The notes: generated from the sequence alone by a model not told the origin. A stretch of DNA of 46,888 nucleotides from Pseudomonadota bacterium (GCA_043718025.1 JAYSWN010000205.1:1-46888), one strand, 5' to 3'; shown: positions 30,847 through 41,015, counted from the stretch's first letter. Made by a program: numbers and translations.

Positions 30847-32616
30847 CTAGTCGGGAAGGGGGAGCCAGAAACTAACCCGCGTGCCTTTGCCGGGTTCGCT
30901 TTGAATCTCGATTCCGCCTAGATGCAGTTCAACAAAATATTTGGCGAGATACAGACCGAGTCCCGTCCCCTTGGTGCCTTCCGCGGCTTTTCGCCCGCGG
31001 AAGAATTTGGTCGTCACGCGCGGCAATTCCTCGGCCGCGATTCCCATTCCTTGGTCTTGCACTGAGACGTGGACCTTGCCCTCGCTCTCTTCGGTTCGGA
31101 CCACTACACGGGTATTTGCCGGACTGTACTTGATGGCGTTCTCCACGAGGTTGGTCACCACTTCCTCGATCAGCCCTTCATCGCCTTCCATTGAGAAAAG
31201 TGGCTCGAGATCGGCGACGACTTCGATCTTCTTTTCGTTGGCTTGAAAATGGAGCCGCTCAATCGCTTTTTGAGAAATACGATTTAAATCGATGACCCCT
31301 TTTTTTACTTCGATCGCCATCGTTTCCATTTTGGTGACTTTTAAAATGTCGGAAATGAGACGCGAGAGCTCTTCGTTGGCGCGATCAATGGTTTTAAAAC
31401 TATCCCGAATATGACCGGGGGTGTCGTTGTAGTCATTTAGCGAACGGTCGACCACCGCCTTGATTTTAGCCAGTGGCGTCTTTAGGTCATGGCTGAAGAG
31501 GGCAATAAAGTTATTCTTAAAGCGATCCATTTCGCGCAAGCTTTTTGATTCTTGCTCAATCTGCCATTGCTCTTCCTCCTGACGGCGAAGCTTATAGCCC
31601 ACCATAATCAGATGAGTGCCGAAGACGCAGAATATGGGGCTTGCAATACTCAACCAGATTTTGAACTGAGAAAAGAGAAAGAGACAAGTCAAACTCAGCA
31701 CGATCGAGAGCAGCACCAAAAAAAACCAGGCGAGGGTAAGGGGAAACAGCAGGATAATGCCGATTGAAAAGCAAACGGCGCCAAGCGCAATCATCGTCGT
31801 TACGTAGGTGGGAACGGTGGTGATTTGTCGTCCGCTTAAAAAAGTATCGATCGTATTGGCAATGACCTCTTCGTGGGCCATTGGTCCGAATGGAGTCATC
31901 AGAAATTCTGCAGGGCTCTCTTCGCGACCGATGAGTACGATCTTACCGCGCACTAAAGATTCATCGACCATGCTATCGAGCACTTCTGATGCGTCGACAC
32001 TGGGATAGGTTCCACGCCGTCCGCGGTAGTCGATTCGCATTGGCAAATTAAGGTCGTCAGTGCGAAAGGTTTTTTTTAAGTCGTAAAACAGTTTGAGCGC
32101 CAGAGAAGGTACTGAAGAGTAGAGCAGATGATGCGATCGCACGACATTGTCCGGATCCGCAAAGATGTTGTTGTAGCCAAAATTGTCGCCTTGGCTCAAG
32201 CGGGCAGAGGGTGGAATCAGCCGGTTTTCTAAGTCCAAAACCGAAGAGAGCATCAAGTCGTTAGGCAGCAGTTTTGCGGACGGGTCCACCCAATCAAAAT
32301 AGGTGGTGAACACTATTTTCTTGGGACCCATCGACCGCAGTTTTTGAATGAGCAGCGGGTAGACGTTTTTTTGCCAGGCGAAGAGGCGCCGCGCCTGAAG
32401 CGAGGCTTCGCTCTCATCTGGTCTGGTCATCACGTCAAAGTGGTGGGGGTAGAGCTTGGCTTCGTGGATTCGAACCAAAAGAAAGGGGGCCTTTTCACGT
32501 AACGGGCCACGTACCCTGAAAAAGCGGTCGTAAAGCCATTGGTCCATACTGGTAATGGGCACCACCACCAAAAGCAGGCAGGCGGTGATGCGAACTAGCA
32601 GGGTCCACTTTGGCAT
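30847..32616 (-). CDS. CHASE2-domain sensor histidine kinase
   Basis: YDRFFRVRG, DPDNVVR, SLAL, GKIVLIG, TPFG.M and three TMs (CHASE2); H-box SHDLKTPL, N-box NLVENAIKYS, DQGMGI, GTGLGL. Confidence 0.9.
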   Translation of the reverse strand: MPKWTLLVRITACLLLVVVPITSMDQWLYDRFFRVRGPLREKAPFLLVRIHEAKLYPHHFDVMTRPDESEASLQARRLFAWQKNVYPLLIQKLRSMGPKKIVFTTYFDWVDPSAKLLPNDLMLSSVLDLENRLIPPSARLSQGDNFGYNNIFADPDNVVRSHHLLYSSVPSLALKLFYDLKKTFRTDDLNLPMRIDYRGRRGTYPSVDASEVLDSMVDESLVRGKIVLIGREESPAEFLMTPFGPMAHEEVIANTIDTFLSGRQITTVPTYVTTMIALGAVCFSIGIILLFPLTLAWFFLVLLSIVLSLTCLFLFSQFKIWLSIASPIFCVFGTHLIMVGYKLRRQEEEQWQIEQESKSLREMDRFKNNFIALFSHDLKTPLAKIKAVVDRSLNDYNDTPGHIRDSFKTIDRANEELSRLISDILKVTKMETMAIEVKKGVIDLNRISQKAIERLHFQANEKKIEVVADLEPLFSMEGDEGLIEEVVTNLVENAIKYSPANTRVVVRTEESEGKVHVSVQDQGMGIAAEELPRVTTKFFRGRKAAEGTKGTGLGLYLAKYFVELHLGGIEIQSEPGKGTRVSFWLPLPD

Positions 32617-32686
32617 GGCGTGTTAATAACACAAAGCCAGATATTAAGGGGGCTCTTTAGCTTAACAAATCGGGAGAAATCAGGCT

Positions 32687-33397
32687 TTAAAACCGCACTC
32701 CGGCGTAAAGCTCAAAGCCTAAAATCGTGGCGTTCTGCCCGATACGATTGATCAACATCTTAAAATCAACCATCACCGGATTAAATTCAAAGCCAGCGCC
32801 CAGCACTAAGGAAGGAAGAAAAATAATTTCTTCGGCGGCCACCGGCGGCTTTATGCTTCCGGGACGAAACCAAAGCGCGGCGCTGCCGCCAAAGCCTAAT
32901 CCAAAAGTCGATTTTTCTGAAAACCGAAACATGCGGCGGACCATGGCATCGAAGGCAAAGACGTGAACCGAGTTCAGTATGTATTTGTAGCCAACCATCC
33001 CGCGTAGGGCCAATGGGATATTTTCTTCAAGCGCCGAATAATCGTAGTCAAAAAACACACCCGCTTGATATCCGAAATCTTTGAAGTACTGGCCGTTGGG
33101 CGCTTTGGTCGTCGTATCGATCTGGGGTTCGATGTAGAAATTTCCGCCTACGGCGAAACCAACGTAAAAGATACCGGCGTCAACGCGGTCTGGATCGTAA
33201 ATCATGTATTTACGCTTCTGTTTGTCTTTTTCTTTTTTCGTTTTTACCGTTTCGGCGGCCGCCGGTTCGGCCGCGGTCGCTGGACGGCTTTCAACGGCGC
33301 CATCATCTTCCTCCGCGTGCACGCTGGTGACCGGAAGCGCTAAAAGAAGAGCGACGATTAAGTGAAGCCAATTAGGTAGTCGACGATGCTGTGTCAT
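32687..33397 (-). CDS. Hypothetical outer-membrane beta-barrel protein
   Basis: Signal peptide (VHA-EE), amphipathic Gly/aromatic strands, C-terminal YAGVRF; GGAG RBS. Confidence 0.7.
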   Translation of the reverse strand: MTQHRRLPNWLHLIVALLLALPVTSVHAEEDDGAVESRPATAAEPAAAETVKTKKEKDKQKRKYMIYDPDRVDAGIFYVGFAVGGNFYIEPQIDTTTKAPNGQYFKDFGYQAGVFFDYDYSALEENIPLALRGMVGYKYILNSVHVFAFDAMVRRMFRFSEKSTFGLGFGGSAALWFRPGSIKPPVAAEEIIFLPSLVLGAGFEFNPVMVDFKMLINRIGQNATILGFELYAGVRF

Positions 33398-33521
33398 AGG
33401 TGCTCCAAACCGGGTGGTCCAAAAGGGAGTAAAAGCTCACTTTGGATTTTACCAAAAGAACCGCCAGTAAACAGCAGTGGAATGGAGGGGCAGGGTTAGA
33501 CGCGGCGCGAATAAGCTTAGC

Positions 33522-34082
33522 TTATACCTGAACCACTTCTTTCACTTCAGGAATGACCTCTTTTAGGCGCGCTTCAACGCCCATTTTCAAAGTGGCGATC
33601 GAGCTGGGGCACGAGCTGCAAGCCCCTTGGAGCTGGAGGTAGACCACGCCTTCGTCGTAACGGGCGAAGACGATGTCGCCTCCATCCATTGCTACCGCCG
33701 GCCGAATTTCGTTATCTAAAATTTCTTTGATCTTCTTTTCGATCTCAGTCTCATCGCCGGTTGAGGTGGGTGCCTGCCATTCGGTCGATAGGGCCGGGGC
33801 CCCAGATTGAAGGTGTGATTGAATGGTGTCGGGCACCTGTTCGGCGAGCACGTCCCAGTCGCCTTCGGCAGACTTGGTGATGGTGACGAAGGTGGTACCG
33901 ATCATGACGGCCGAAACGCCAGAAATAGAAAAGAGTTTTTTAGCCAGCGGCGACTTTTCGGTCTGATTGGCGGCGGTGAAGTTTGCCGCTCCCCGATCCA
34001 TAAATTGACGGTTCACCACGAACTTTAGGGTGTTCGGATTTGGTGTGAACTCGAGACTGATGCTAACTGAATTTTCTGCCAT
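33522..34082 (-). CDS. Nfu/NifU-family Fe-S cluster carrier
   Basis: TPNPNTLKF and SPLAKKLF (Nfu N-domain); IRPAVAMDGGD, GACSSCPSS (CxxC). Confidence 0.93.
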   Translation of the reverse strand: MAENSVSISLEFTPNPNTLKFVVNRQFMDRGAANFTAANQTEKSPLAKKLFSISGVSAVMIGTTFVTITKSAEGDWDVLAEQVPDTIQSHLQSGAPALSTEWQAPTSTGDETEIEKKIKEILDNEIRPAVAMDGGDIVFARYDEGVVYLQLQGACSSCPSSIATLKMGVEARLKEVIPEVKEVVQV

Positions 34083-34231
34083 AAAAATCTCCTGCGACGG
34101 GCCTCTGTTTACCTCAATTATGGCATAGGCGCTAGGGTGCGTCCGGAGAGTCTTATTAACCGATTGTTATTATAAATGATTTATACGCCATTGATTATGG
34201 ACAGGGGTTTCAGGTAGTTCAGACGCCGCGC

Positions 34232-36154
34232 GTGAGAAAATGGAACAAAATTAGGATAATGGGAACCAGTCCCGTTCTTTTCATGCTCTGGTTCAGTTTA
34301 TGGTCTGCCGAAAGCGTTGCCGCTGATTCACTTTCAACGGTCGAGGTGAAAGCCGCTGCCCCATCGCGACCTCCCGTGGCCGCCGAGTTTTCGGCGGCTT
34401 TTCAGCCCAAGCCCAAAGAAATTTCGCTTGGGCGGGCGCTCGAGCGGCGGGCGGGGGTTGCCCGCAGTTTAGTGACCTCGTCCGAAGGGCAGGAACCGCA
34501 ATTCCTTGTCCGGGGATTGGCGCCGGTACAGCAGCGCTTCTTTTTAGAAGGCATTCCGTTGTTTGACTCTGCGTTCGATCAATCGCAGCTATCCTGGATT
34601 GCTCAGGAGTCGATTTCGGGGGTCGATTTTTACCCAGATGGAGTGCCGTGGTCGTTGGCGGCCGACGGGCTCGGTAGTGCCTTTCAAATGCGCTGGCGCG
34701 CCTTTGAAAGTTGCGAGAACGATCTGAACTTGAAAGGGGGATCATTCGGCTACGGCAGAGTGGCCGCCCAGAGTTGTTTGGAGCCAACCCATAAAATGGC
34801 GGCGCGAGTGGCGGTGTCGCGATCGGATGAAGGTTATTTATATCGCGAAGACAATGGCCTGCCCTTGTCCCCCGAGCTTCATACCTGGGAACGTCGTCGA
34901 GAGAACGGCTTTTACGATATTTCAATGTCGCCTTCGTTTGTCTTACCCGACGGTAGCCTCCGGGCAATCGGTTTAAACCGCTGGCTGAATAAGAGCGTGC
35001 CGGGGCCAGTCTCGGCCCCGCGAATGGGAACGCTAAGCCAACATTCCCATGCCCTACTTCTTTTCTGGGCGCCAGTTTCAAGTCCGCTGAAAACATCGCT
35101 CGCCTTGAAATGGGACGACACGGTGATGAAATTTACGGACACCCGATTTGCTTCTCCAGTGCCGTCGCGAAGTGAAACCGTTTCGCTAGGGGTAAAGGGT
35201 TCGTCAAATCTCCTTACGACCGGGGCTACTCTAGAGGTTCTACGCAGTGAAGACGCCAGACTGGGTACTCTCAACGCAAGAAGGTGGGACGTACCGCTAG
35301 GCATTGGGGCCAAATTTAAAATTGGCGCCCTTTCTTTTTTTCCCGCGGTGCAGTCACAGGCCTATGGGTTTGACGGTGCCGGCGCTACTGGCGTGGTAAA
35401 GGCCGAGTTCTCGCCCCGATTGGGCCTAGAAATACCGTGGGGCCAAGGCGTTACCAGTCGCTTGAGCATCGGTAAGTTCTATCGGCTGCCGAACTTGAGT
35501 GAGAGGTATGGATCGGCGAATGGGTTATCGCCAAACCCCGAACTAAAATCAGAATCCGCCCTAAAGGCATCGCTTAGCAATCATTTTGCGGTTTATCGAG
35601 GTTGGAGAGGCAGCCTTGAGGTGGCGGCCATTCAAGCTTCAGACTTAATTGCTTATGAAACCACCAGCCCCCAGTCTCAGACCGCGCGAAATCTTGGGGC
35701 GGCCCAACTCTGGTACGGCGAAGTGGCGGCGGAGGCGGATCTGCCGCTTGACCTCACGCTGCGATCAGCCCTTGAGTTACTGGTGAGCCATAATCAGGAA
35801 TTTGGAGTGAATTACGGTAATGAGCTGCCCTTTAGGCCGAGGGTTCGCTTTCGGCCTTCTTTGAGTCACGAGAGCGACCGCTGGTCGGTGGGCTACGAGG
35901 TTGAGTTTTCGGGCCCCCAGTTTTGGGATGTAGCCAATTTAAAAAGCAGTGAAGGGTTTTGGCAGCACAATATTCGTGTTAGTCATCGGCACCGGAGCTG
36001 GGGCACATTTACGGTGGAGTTGCTAAACTTATCGGACCTTACCCAAGTGCCAACCCAAAGTGGAAATTTTTCAAACGTGGAATTCTCGACGGGCTATCGA
36101 GGATTTCCCGCTCCAGGTAGAAGAGGGTACCTTTCATGGTCTTACGCTTTTTAG
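34232..36154 (+). CDS. TonB-dependent outer-membrane receptor
   Basis: Signal peptide, TonB-box-like STVEVKA, plug VRGL..LEGIP, YRLPNLSERY, NPELKSE, LLNLSD, PGRRGYLSWSYAF end; start could be ATG 34259. Confidence 0.88.
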   Translation: MRKWNKIRIMGTSPVLFMLWFSLWSAESVAADSLSTVEVKAAAPSRPPVAAEFSAAFQPKPKEISLGRALERRAGVARSLVTSSEGQEPQFLVRGLAPVQQRFFLEGIPLFDSAFDQSQLSWIAQESISGVDFYPDGVPWSLAADGLGSAFQMRWRAFESCENDLNLKGGSFGYGRVAAQSCLEPTHKMAARVAVSRSDEGYLYREDNGLPLSPELHTWERRRENGFYDISMSPSFVLPDGSLRAIGLNRWLNKSVPGPVSAPRMGTLSQHSHALLLFWAPVSSPLKTSLALKWDDTVMKFTDTRFASPVPSRSETVSLGVKGSSNLLTTGATLEVLRSEDARLGTLNARRWDVPLGIGAKFKIGALSFFPAVQSQAYGFDGAGATGVVKAEFSPRLGLEIPWGQGVTSRLSIGKFYRLPNLSERYGSANGLSPNPELKSESALKASLSNHFAVYRGWRGSLEVAAIQASDLIAYETTSPQSQTARNLGAAQLWYGEVAAEADLPLDLTLRSALELLVSHNQEFGVNYGNELPFRPRVRFRPSLSHESDRWSVGYEVEFSGPQFWDVANLKSSEGFWQHNIRVSHRHRSWGTFTVELLNLSDLTQVPTQSGNFSNVEFSTGYRGFPAPGRRGYLSWSYAF

Positions 36155-37212
36155 TATTTTCGTGTTTAGTTTTTGCCTCGTGCGCTCGCGAAACGAAGCA
36201 GAGCCTGCCCACGTCACTCTATCCGGCGGGCCCCCGGCTGCTATTGGCCTCTCTTTCAGATGGCCAGGGCTGGCTTGATCTCTTTTCGATTCTCGACGGT
36301 ACCCACACTGTGACCGTGCTGCCCATTCACATGGATGCGGTGATTCGATCGTTTTCTAAATACGGAAAGACTTTTGTGGTGAATCGTTTTGGCATGGATT
36401 CGATTTACGTATTGGAAAAAGGCAAGAATACGATCGTGCATCAACTTGCCTTGAAGAAGAGCGCTAACCCCCAAGACGTATTGATGCTGGATGCGAAAAC
36501 CGTTCTCATCACGCAGCGAAGTGAAAGCGATCTGCTGATCTGGAATTTGGAAACCGGCCAAACCCAAACGCACAGTCTGGCCCGATTTGCTTTCGAAAAA
36601 GAGATTCCGGACATGACGGTAATGACGGAGGTTGATGGCCAAGTTTGGATCGCGTTGCAGCGGCTTAAGGATCGCATGACGCCCGTCACTTTCTCACAAG
36701 TGGTGAAGTGGGATGTAAAGCGAAACGTTATGTCTACGTTCAATCTCAAAGCCTCTAACCCGGTCACGTCTTTCAAACGCGATCTGAAAGATGCCGTCTA
36801 TATCGCGGGCGCGGCTAACATGGGGGTTTACTCCGAACTCGATGGCGCAATCGAAAAACTGGATTCTTCGGGCGCCAGTGCGCGAATCGTGGTGACCGAA
36901 AATGAATTGAAGGGAGACATTTTAGACTTTGAAATTTTAGACGAAGATCGCGGGGTGGCCCTGATTTCGAAACCAAACACAGCTCTGGTCACGTTCGACG
37001 TAAAGCGCGGCGTTTTTGGCAAGACATTGCTAGAAACCGCTGGATACGAATTGGTGAGGCTGTTGTGGGACAAATCGCGTGGGCGCCTCTACGTTTCACA
37101 TGCGAAAAAGCAGCAACCTAGTTTACGGATTTTTGATGTGGCAACTTTGAATGAGCTTCCCGCGGTGCCCTTAAAAATTCCGTTTTTAGAAATGGAAATT
37201 GAAGAGCCTTAG
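36136..37212 (+). CDS. Beta-propeller lipoprotein (YncE/BtuG-like)
   Basis: Lipobox-like FASC, repeated beta-rich blades (FVVNRFG, ANPQDV, SNP); overlaps the receptor stop. Confidence 0.7.
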   Translation: MVLRFLVFSCLVFASCARETKQSLPTSLYPAGPRLLLASLSDGQGWLDLFSILDGTHTVTVLPIHMDAVIRSFSKYGKTFVVNRFGMDSIYVLEKGKNTIVHQLALKKSANPQDVLMLDAKTVLITQRSESDLLIWNLETGQTQTHSLARFAFEKEIPDMTVMTEVDGQVWIALQRLKDRMTPVTFSQVVKWDVKRNVMSTFNLKASNPVTSFKRDLKDAVYIAGAANMGVYSELDGAIEKLDSSGASARIVVTENELKGDILDFEILDEDRGVALISKPNTALVTFDVKRGVFGKTLLETAGYELVRLLWDKSRGRLYVSHAKKQQPSLRIFDVATLNELPAVPLKIPFLEMEIEEP

Positions 37213-37218
37213 GCGCGA

Positions 37219-38265
37219 CTAGCGATCGACTCCATCGCGGCCACCGCCACGAGAGCCGGCCGACTGAAAATTGATGCGGGGGGCGGATTCGGTTTTTAGA
37301 ACAAAATCCCATTTAATGCGCACAAAGCCATCGTCTTCCACAATGCCTTTAGGTGGGTTGGGGAAGGGACCAGCTTTTTGAAAGCTATCGATCGCGGCTT
37401 GATCCAGGTCGGCGAAACCACTGCTAGTCATCCGGGAAATTTTTTGGATTTTTCCTTGTTCGTCGAGCAGCACCAAAAGGCTGGTGGTCAGCTCATCTTT
37501 ATTTACGGCATCACCCCGGGCCCACATCCTATAGAGTTTGTTCTCCACCATGGGCTTCCAGTACTGGCGCAGTAGCTCTTTAATACGGTGATAGTACGAA
37601 AAGTAGCGAAACTCTCGCGTGCTCAAAATTGTGCGGTCGCCGTTGGCAACGCCGTCAATTTTATCGTCGGTTGCGGAGGCTATTGAACCATCTCCACCCA
37701 CCCCAAGGTCTTTAAGGGAGAGGGTTTTCCAATTTCGTTTCACGCCGGTTTTAGCGGCCGGCTCCGAAGAGGTGATGCCCATGTCATCTAGGTTGGGATT
37801 GGCATCGTCCTTCGTTGCTCCGTCTTGGGCGGTAGGGGGCATAAACTCTTCCGCCGACTTTGAAATACCCTTTGCGCCGCTTCCTTCGCCATTTCGAAAA
37901 TCGTCAATCTGCTTAGCCTTCATCTCTTGCTCGGCTTTTTGATTGCGGGCGCCCAGAAATTTGGCGTTGGGATCAATTTGATTATTCGGTGCCTCGGCCG
38001 ATTCGGCCATCTGCATCTCTTTTTTCTTCACTTTGGGTTGAGCCTTCTCTTTTTGCCGAGGCTGCGATTGTGGGGGTGGGTTCTGATAGGTTGGCGGCAC
38101 GTCGGTTAATTCAATTGGGTCGGGCGTCGAGGCAAAGTGTGGATGATCGCGTTCAAACGATTTCACCGTGATTAACACGACGTGAAGCACAATCGAAATA
38201 GCTACGGTACTCCAAAACGGCACGGAGCCGCGCGTGGAGTCCTCCATGTAATTTCGCACTATCAT
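37219..38265 (-). CDS. Energy transducer TonB-family protein
   Basis: TM with SIVLH (SxxxH), Pro/Gln/Lys-rich linker, C-terminal domain YYHRIK...SSG..DLDQAAIDSF..AGPFPNPP. Confidence 0.88.
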   Translation of the reverse strand: MIVRNYMEDSTRGSVPFWSTVAISIVLHVVLITVKSFERDHPHFASTPDPIELTDVPPTYQNPPPQSQPRQKEKAQPKVKKKEMQMAESAEAPNNQIDPNAKFLGARNQKAEQEMKAKQIDDFRNGEGSGAKGISKSAEEFMPPTAQDGATKDDANPNLDDMGITSSEPAAKTGVKRNWKTLSLKDLGVGGDGSIASATDDKIDGVANGDRTILSTREFRYFSYYHRIKELLRQYWKPMVENKLYRMWARGDAVNKDELTTSLLVLLDEQGKIQKISRMTSSGFADLDQAAIDSFQKAGPFPNPPKGIVEDDGFVRIKWDFVLKTESAPRINFQSAGSRGGGRDGVDR

Positions 38266-38372
38266 TCCATATGGTATCGGAAAAAAAAGCGAATTCAGCG
38301 AGGGGGGAAGGGTAAGGCCATGGAATATCGAGGAGTTAACGGTGCGTTAGGGCGCCCGCGAAATAGCAAAAT

Positions 38373-39515
38373 TTATTTCACCTGATCCATGATTAAGGTG
38401 AATTCTTCAGCCGGGATGAAACCGTTGATTCTAGGTTCTTTCATCACTTCGCCGCTCGCCTTTACGAAAACGATCGACGGGAGACTGAAAACTTCGAAAC
38501 GTTTTAGTTTGGCTTCATTCTCTGGGCTTTCATTCGTCACATCCAAACGCAATGGAATGAAGCCCTTAATCTTTTCGACAAAACGGGAATCGTGGAAAAC
38601 GTGTTTGTCGATTTCGTGGCAGGCGGCGCACCATTCGGCGGCGAAATCCACCATGACCGGTAGATTCTTTTCTTTCGCCTCAGCCAATGCTGCGTCGATG
38701 TCGGTGCGCCAAGCAATGAGACTAGTTGCCGTTGAAGTGTCGCGGATGAAACCGGTCTGTTTTGCAAAGAGCAGTGCGTAGTATCCTGCCGCCAAGAACA
38801 TCATCATAGCCAGAAAACGGTTGATGCCGTTCATCCAAGGGCCGGAACGAGGTAGTTTTGCGAGCACGCCGGAGAAGGCACCCATCACCAGAAAGAGAAC
38901 TCCGAGGCCGAGAGAAAAAGAGAAAAAATAGAGCAGCCCTTTGAGTGCATCTGAAGTCTTTAAAACAAACGCCAGAATGCCCGCGATGACCGGTCCAACG
39001 CACGGGCTAACGATGAGTCCCGCAACGCTGCCCATGATGAAAATACCAAACTTATTATCGGTGCCACCCGCGCTGGCGAGTTTGGTCTGAAGCGAGGGGG
39101 GCAGCGAAATTTTGAAGACGCCGAGTTGTCCCAATCCGAGGGCCCCAAACAAAACGGTGAGAAAGGCCAGCATCACTGAGCTTTGTAAAAGTTTCCCAAA
39201 CAGCGAACCGGTCATACCGGCAAACAGTCCCATTAGTGAGTAGGTGAAGCACATTCCGGCCACGTAGAACATTGCCAGTTTGAAAGTGGCCGGGCTGAAG
39301 GCTCTGGCTTTGCGATCTTCGCGCGCCGATCTTCCGAAGATGCTGATCGTAACCGGAATCATCGGGTAGACGCAGGGAGTAAGACTGGTGAGAATTCCTG
39401 AAAAAAAGCAGAGTAAAAGGCCTAATCCTAGGGAGGATTCGGCGACGGCCGCAATTTTGTCAGTACCTTGTTGGCTCAACAGACTAAAAAAGTCGCGGGC
39501 GATTTGTAGGTCCAT
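38373..39515 (-). CDS. DsbD-like disulfide reductase (TM domain + thioredoxin domain, no N-terminal alpha domain)
   Basis: LTPCVYPMIP and SPCVGP TM cysteines, LPRSGPWM, DFAAEWCAAC, cis-Pro SLPS. Confidence 0.9.
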   Translation of the reverse strand: MDLQIARDFFSLLSQQGTDKIAAVAESSLGLGLLLCFFSGILTSLTPCVYPMIPVTISIFGRSAREDRKARAFSPATFKLAMFYVAGMCFTYSLMGLFAGMTGSLFGKLLQSSVMLAFLTVLFGALGLGQLGVFKISLPPSLQTKLASAGGTDNKFGIFIMGSVAGLIVSPCVGPVIAGILAFVLKTSDALKGLLYFFSFSLGLGVLFLVMGAFSGVLAKLPRSGPWMNGINRFLAMMMFLAAGYYALLFAKQTGFIRDTSTATSLIAWRTDIDAALAEAKEKNLPVMVDFAAEWCAACHEIDKHVFHDSRFVEKIKGFIPLRLDVTNESPENEAKLKRFEVFSLPSIVFVKASGEVMKEPRINGFIPAEEFTLIMDQVK

Positions 39516-39551
39516 GCTTTAATTCTAAGGGATTTTTGACGATAGGGTAAG

Positions 39552-40940
39552 GTGCTGATCGCCTCAAAAAACTGGTCGACTAAATGGCTTCGGGTTGCCA
39601 CCCGTCCACTTGATGTGGCCTTGCGTCTTAACGAAATTGCCATAGTGGTCAGCCGTTTTGGACTGGCCGGCAGCCTAGCTTCGATGGGCCTCGAGGTGGG
39701 CAAGCGGGGCCTTATTTGGTCCGGGCTGCCTTCTCAGGCCGCCAAGCCAATGGATAAGGTGCTCGGCAAGAATTTAGCCCGTCTTTTCATCAAACTTGGC
39801 CCCACCTTCATCAAATTGGGCCAAATTTTGGCGACTCGCTCTGATATGGTCGGCGAAGTGGTCGCCGACGAACTCAAAATCTTGTTCGATCGGGTGCCCC
39901 CAATTGCTTACCGACGAATTCAGAAGTTGCTCAAGAAGGAATTGGGTTCCAAAAAATTGAAGGCGGCCTTCAAATCGATTGATTCCAAAGCTCTGGCGTC
40001 GGCAAGTTTAAGCCAGACTCATTGCGCCGTACTTACCGATGGCACCCCCGTGATCCTCAAAGTGCAGAAACCGGGAGTGGCCGGTTTGGTTCGCGTGGAC
40101 CTAACCATTTTGGAATCGATGGCGGTATCGCTAAATTTGGTTTATCCGAAATTGCAGCTTCGCCAAATTTTCAATGACTTTAAAGAGGCTACCCTGCGTG
40201 AAATTGACTACCGCGAAGAGGCTAAGAACATCGATCGGTTTCGAAAAAACTACTGGAAGCTATTTTCAAACTCCGACGTGATGTTTCCACGCTATTTTCC
40301 CGACCTGTTGACCGAGAAAGTTATCGCCTTGGAGCCCATGCGGGGTACCAAAGTCTCTGAGATGAAGCGCGGATCGGTTTCTGCCAAGCAGGCCGCCGAG
40401 AAGTCATTGGCTGCCGTGCTTGAGCAGATTTTTGATCACGGCTTTTTCCACGCGGATCCTCACGCCGGCAATCTCTTCTTTATGGAGGAAGAGGGGCGTC
40501 TGGGTTTCATCGACTTGGGCATGGTTGGTCAACTTGAGCCTGATGACAAACGCCGTTTTTTGCGCGTGCTGATGGATGTTTTAAATCGCGACCGCGAAAA
40601 GCTGGCGCGCCATTTGTATGAGTTGGGAACGCCCAGCCGCAGTACCAAGTACGATGATTTTGAAAAAGGGGTTCAGGGCTTGCTCGACGACATAAAGAAA
40701 TCGGGCACCAAGAACCTGAAATTAGATGTGCTTTTAAATCGTTTGCTTGCGGTAGCCCGTTCTAACGGGATCCACATTCCTAACCGCTACGTTTTAATGA
40801 TTCGCTCTTGCCTGATTGTGGAAGGGTTGGCCCGAAGTCTCGATCCCAATATTTCGGTTTTCCAGGTCGCCACCCCCATCGTGGCAAAAAGCTTGATGGC
40901 CTCCTATTCGCCACTGCGTTATATCCGCCGCCTTTTCTGA
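39552..40940 (+). CDS. ABC1/UbiB/AarF-family atypical kinase
   Basis: LGPTFIKLGQ, ASASLSQTH, LKVQKP, EIDY..EA, FFHADPHAGN, IDLGMVG. Confidence 0.93.
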   Translation: MLIASKNWSTKWLRVATRPLDVALRLNEIAIVVSRFGLAGSLASMGLEVGKRGLIWSGLPSQAAKPMDKVLGKNLARLFIKLGPTFIKLGQILATRSDMVGEVVADELKILFDRVPPIAYRRIQKLLKKELGSKKLKAAFKSIDSKALASASLSQTHCAVLTDGTPVILKVQKPGVAGLVRVDLTILESMAVSLNLVYPKLQLRQIFNDFKEATLREIDYREEAKNIDRFRKNYWKLFSNSDVMFPRYFPDLLTEKVIALEPMRGTKVSEMKRGSVSAKQAAEKSLAAVLEQIFDHGFFHADPHAGNLFFMEEEGRLGFIDLGMVGQLEPDDKRRFLRVLMDVLNRDREKLARHLYELGTPSRSTKYDDFEKGVQGLLDDIKKSGTKNLKLDVLLNRLLAVARSNGIHIPNRYVLMIRSCLIVEGLARSLDPNISVFQVATPIVAKSLMASYSPLRYIRRLF

Positions 40941-41015
40941 GCTCGACGCGCCGCGCTTTCCCCTCAACTCTTTTTTTATATCCGCCGATAAGCAAGAGGA
41001 GTGGGGATATCAACT

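Noticed and set aside
34083..34231. Cobalamin riboswitch or Fur box upstream of the TonB-dependent receptor
   Set aside because: No B12-box or convincing GATAATGATAATCATTATC match; the region is short and shared with the divergent nfu gene.
34293..35313. 267 aa and 133 aa minus-strand ORFs
   Set aside because: Fully antisense to the TonB-dependent receptor, with non-protein-like composition.
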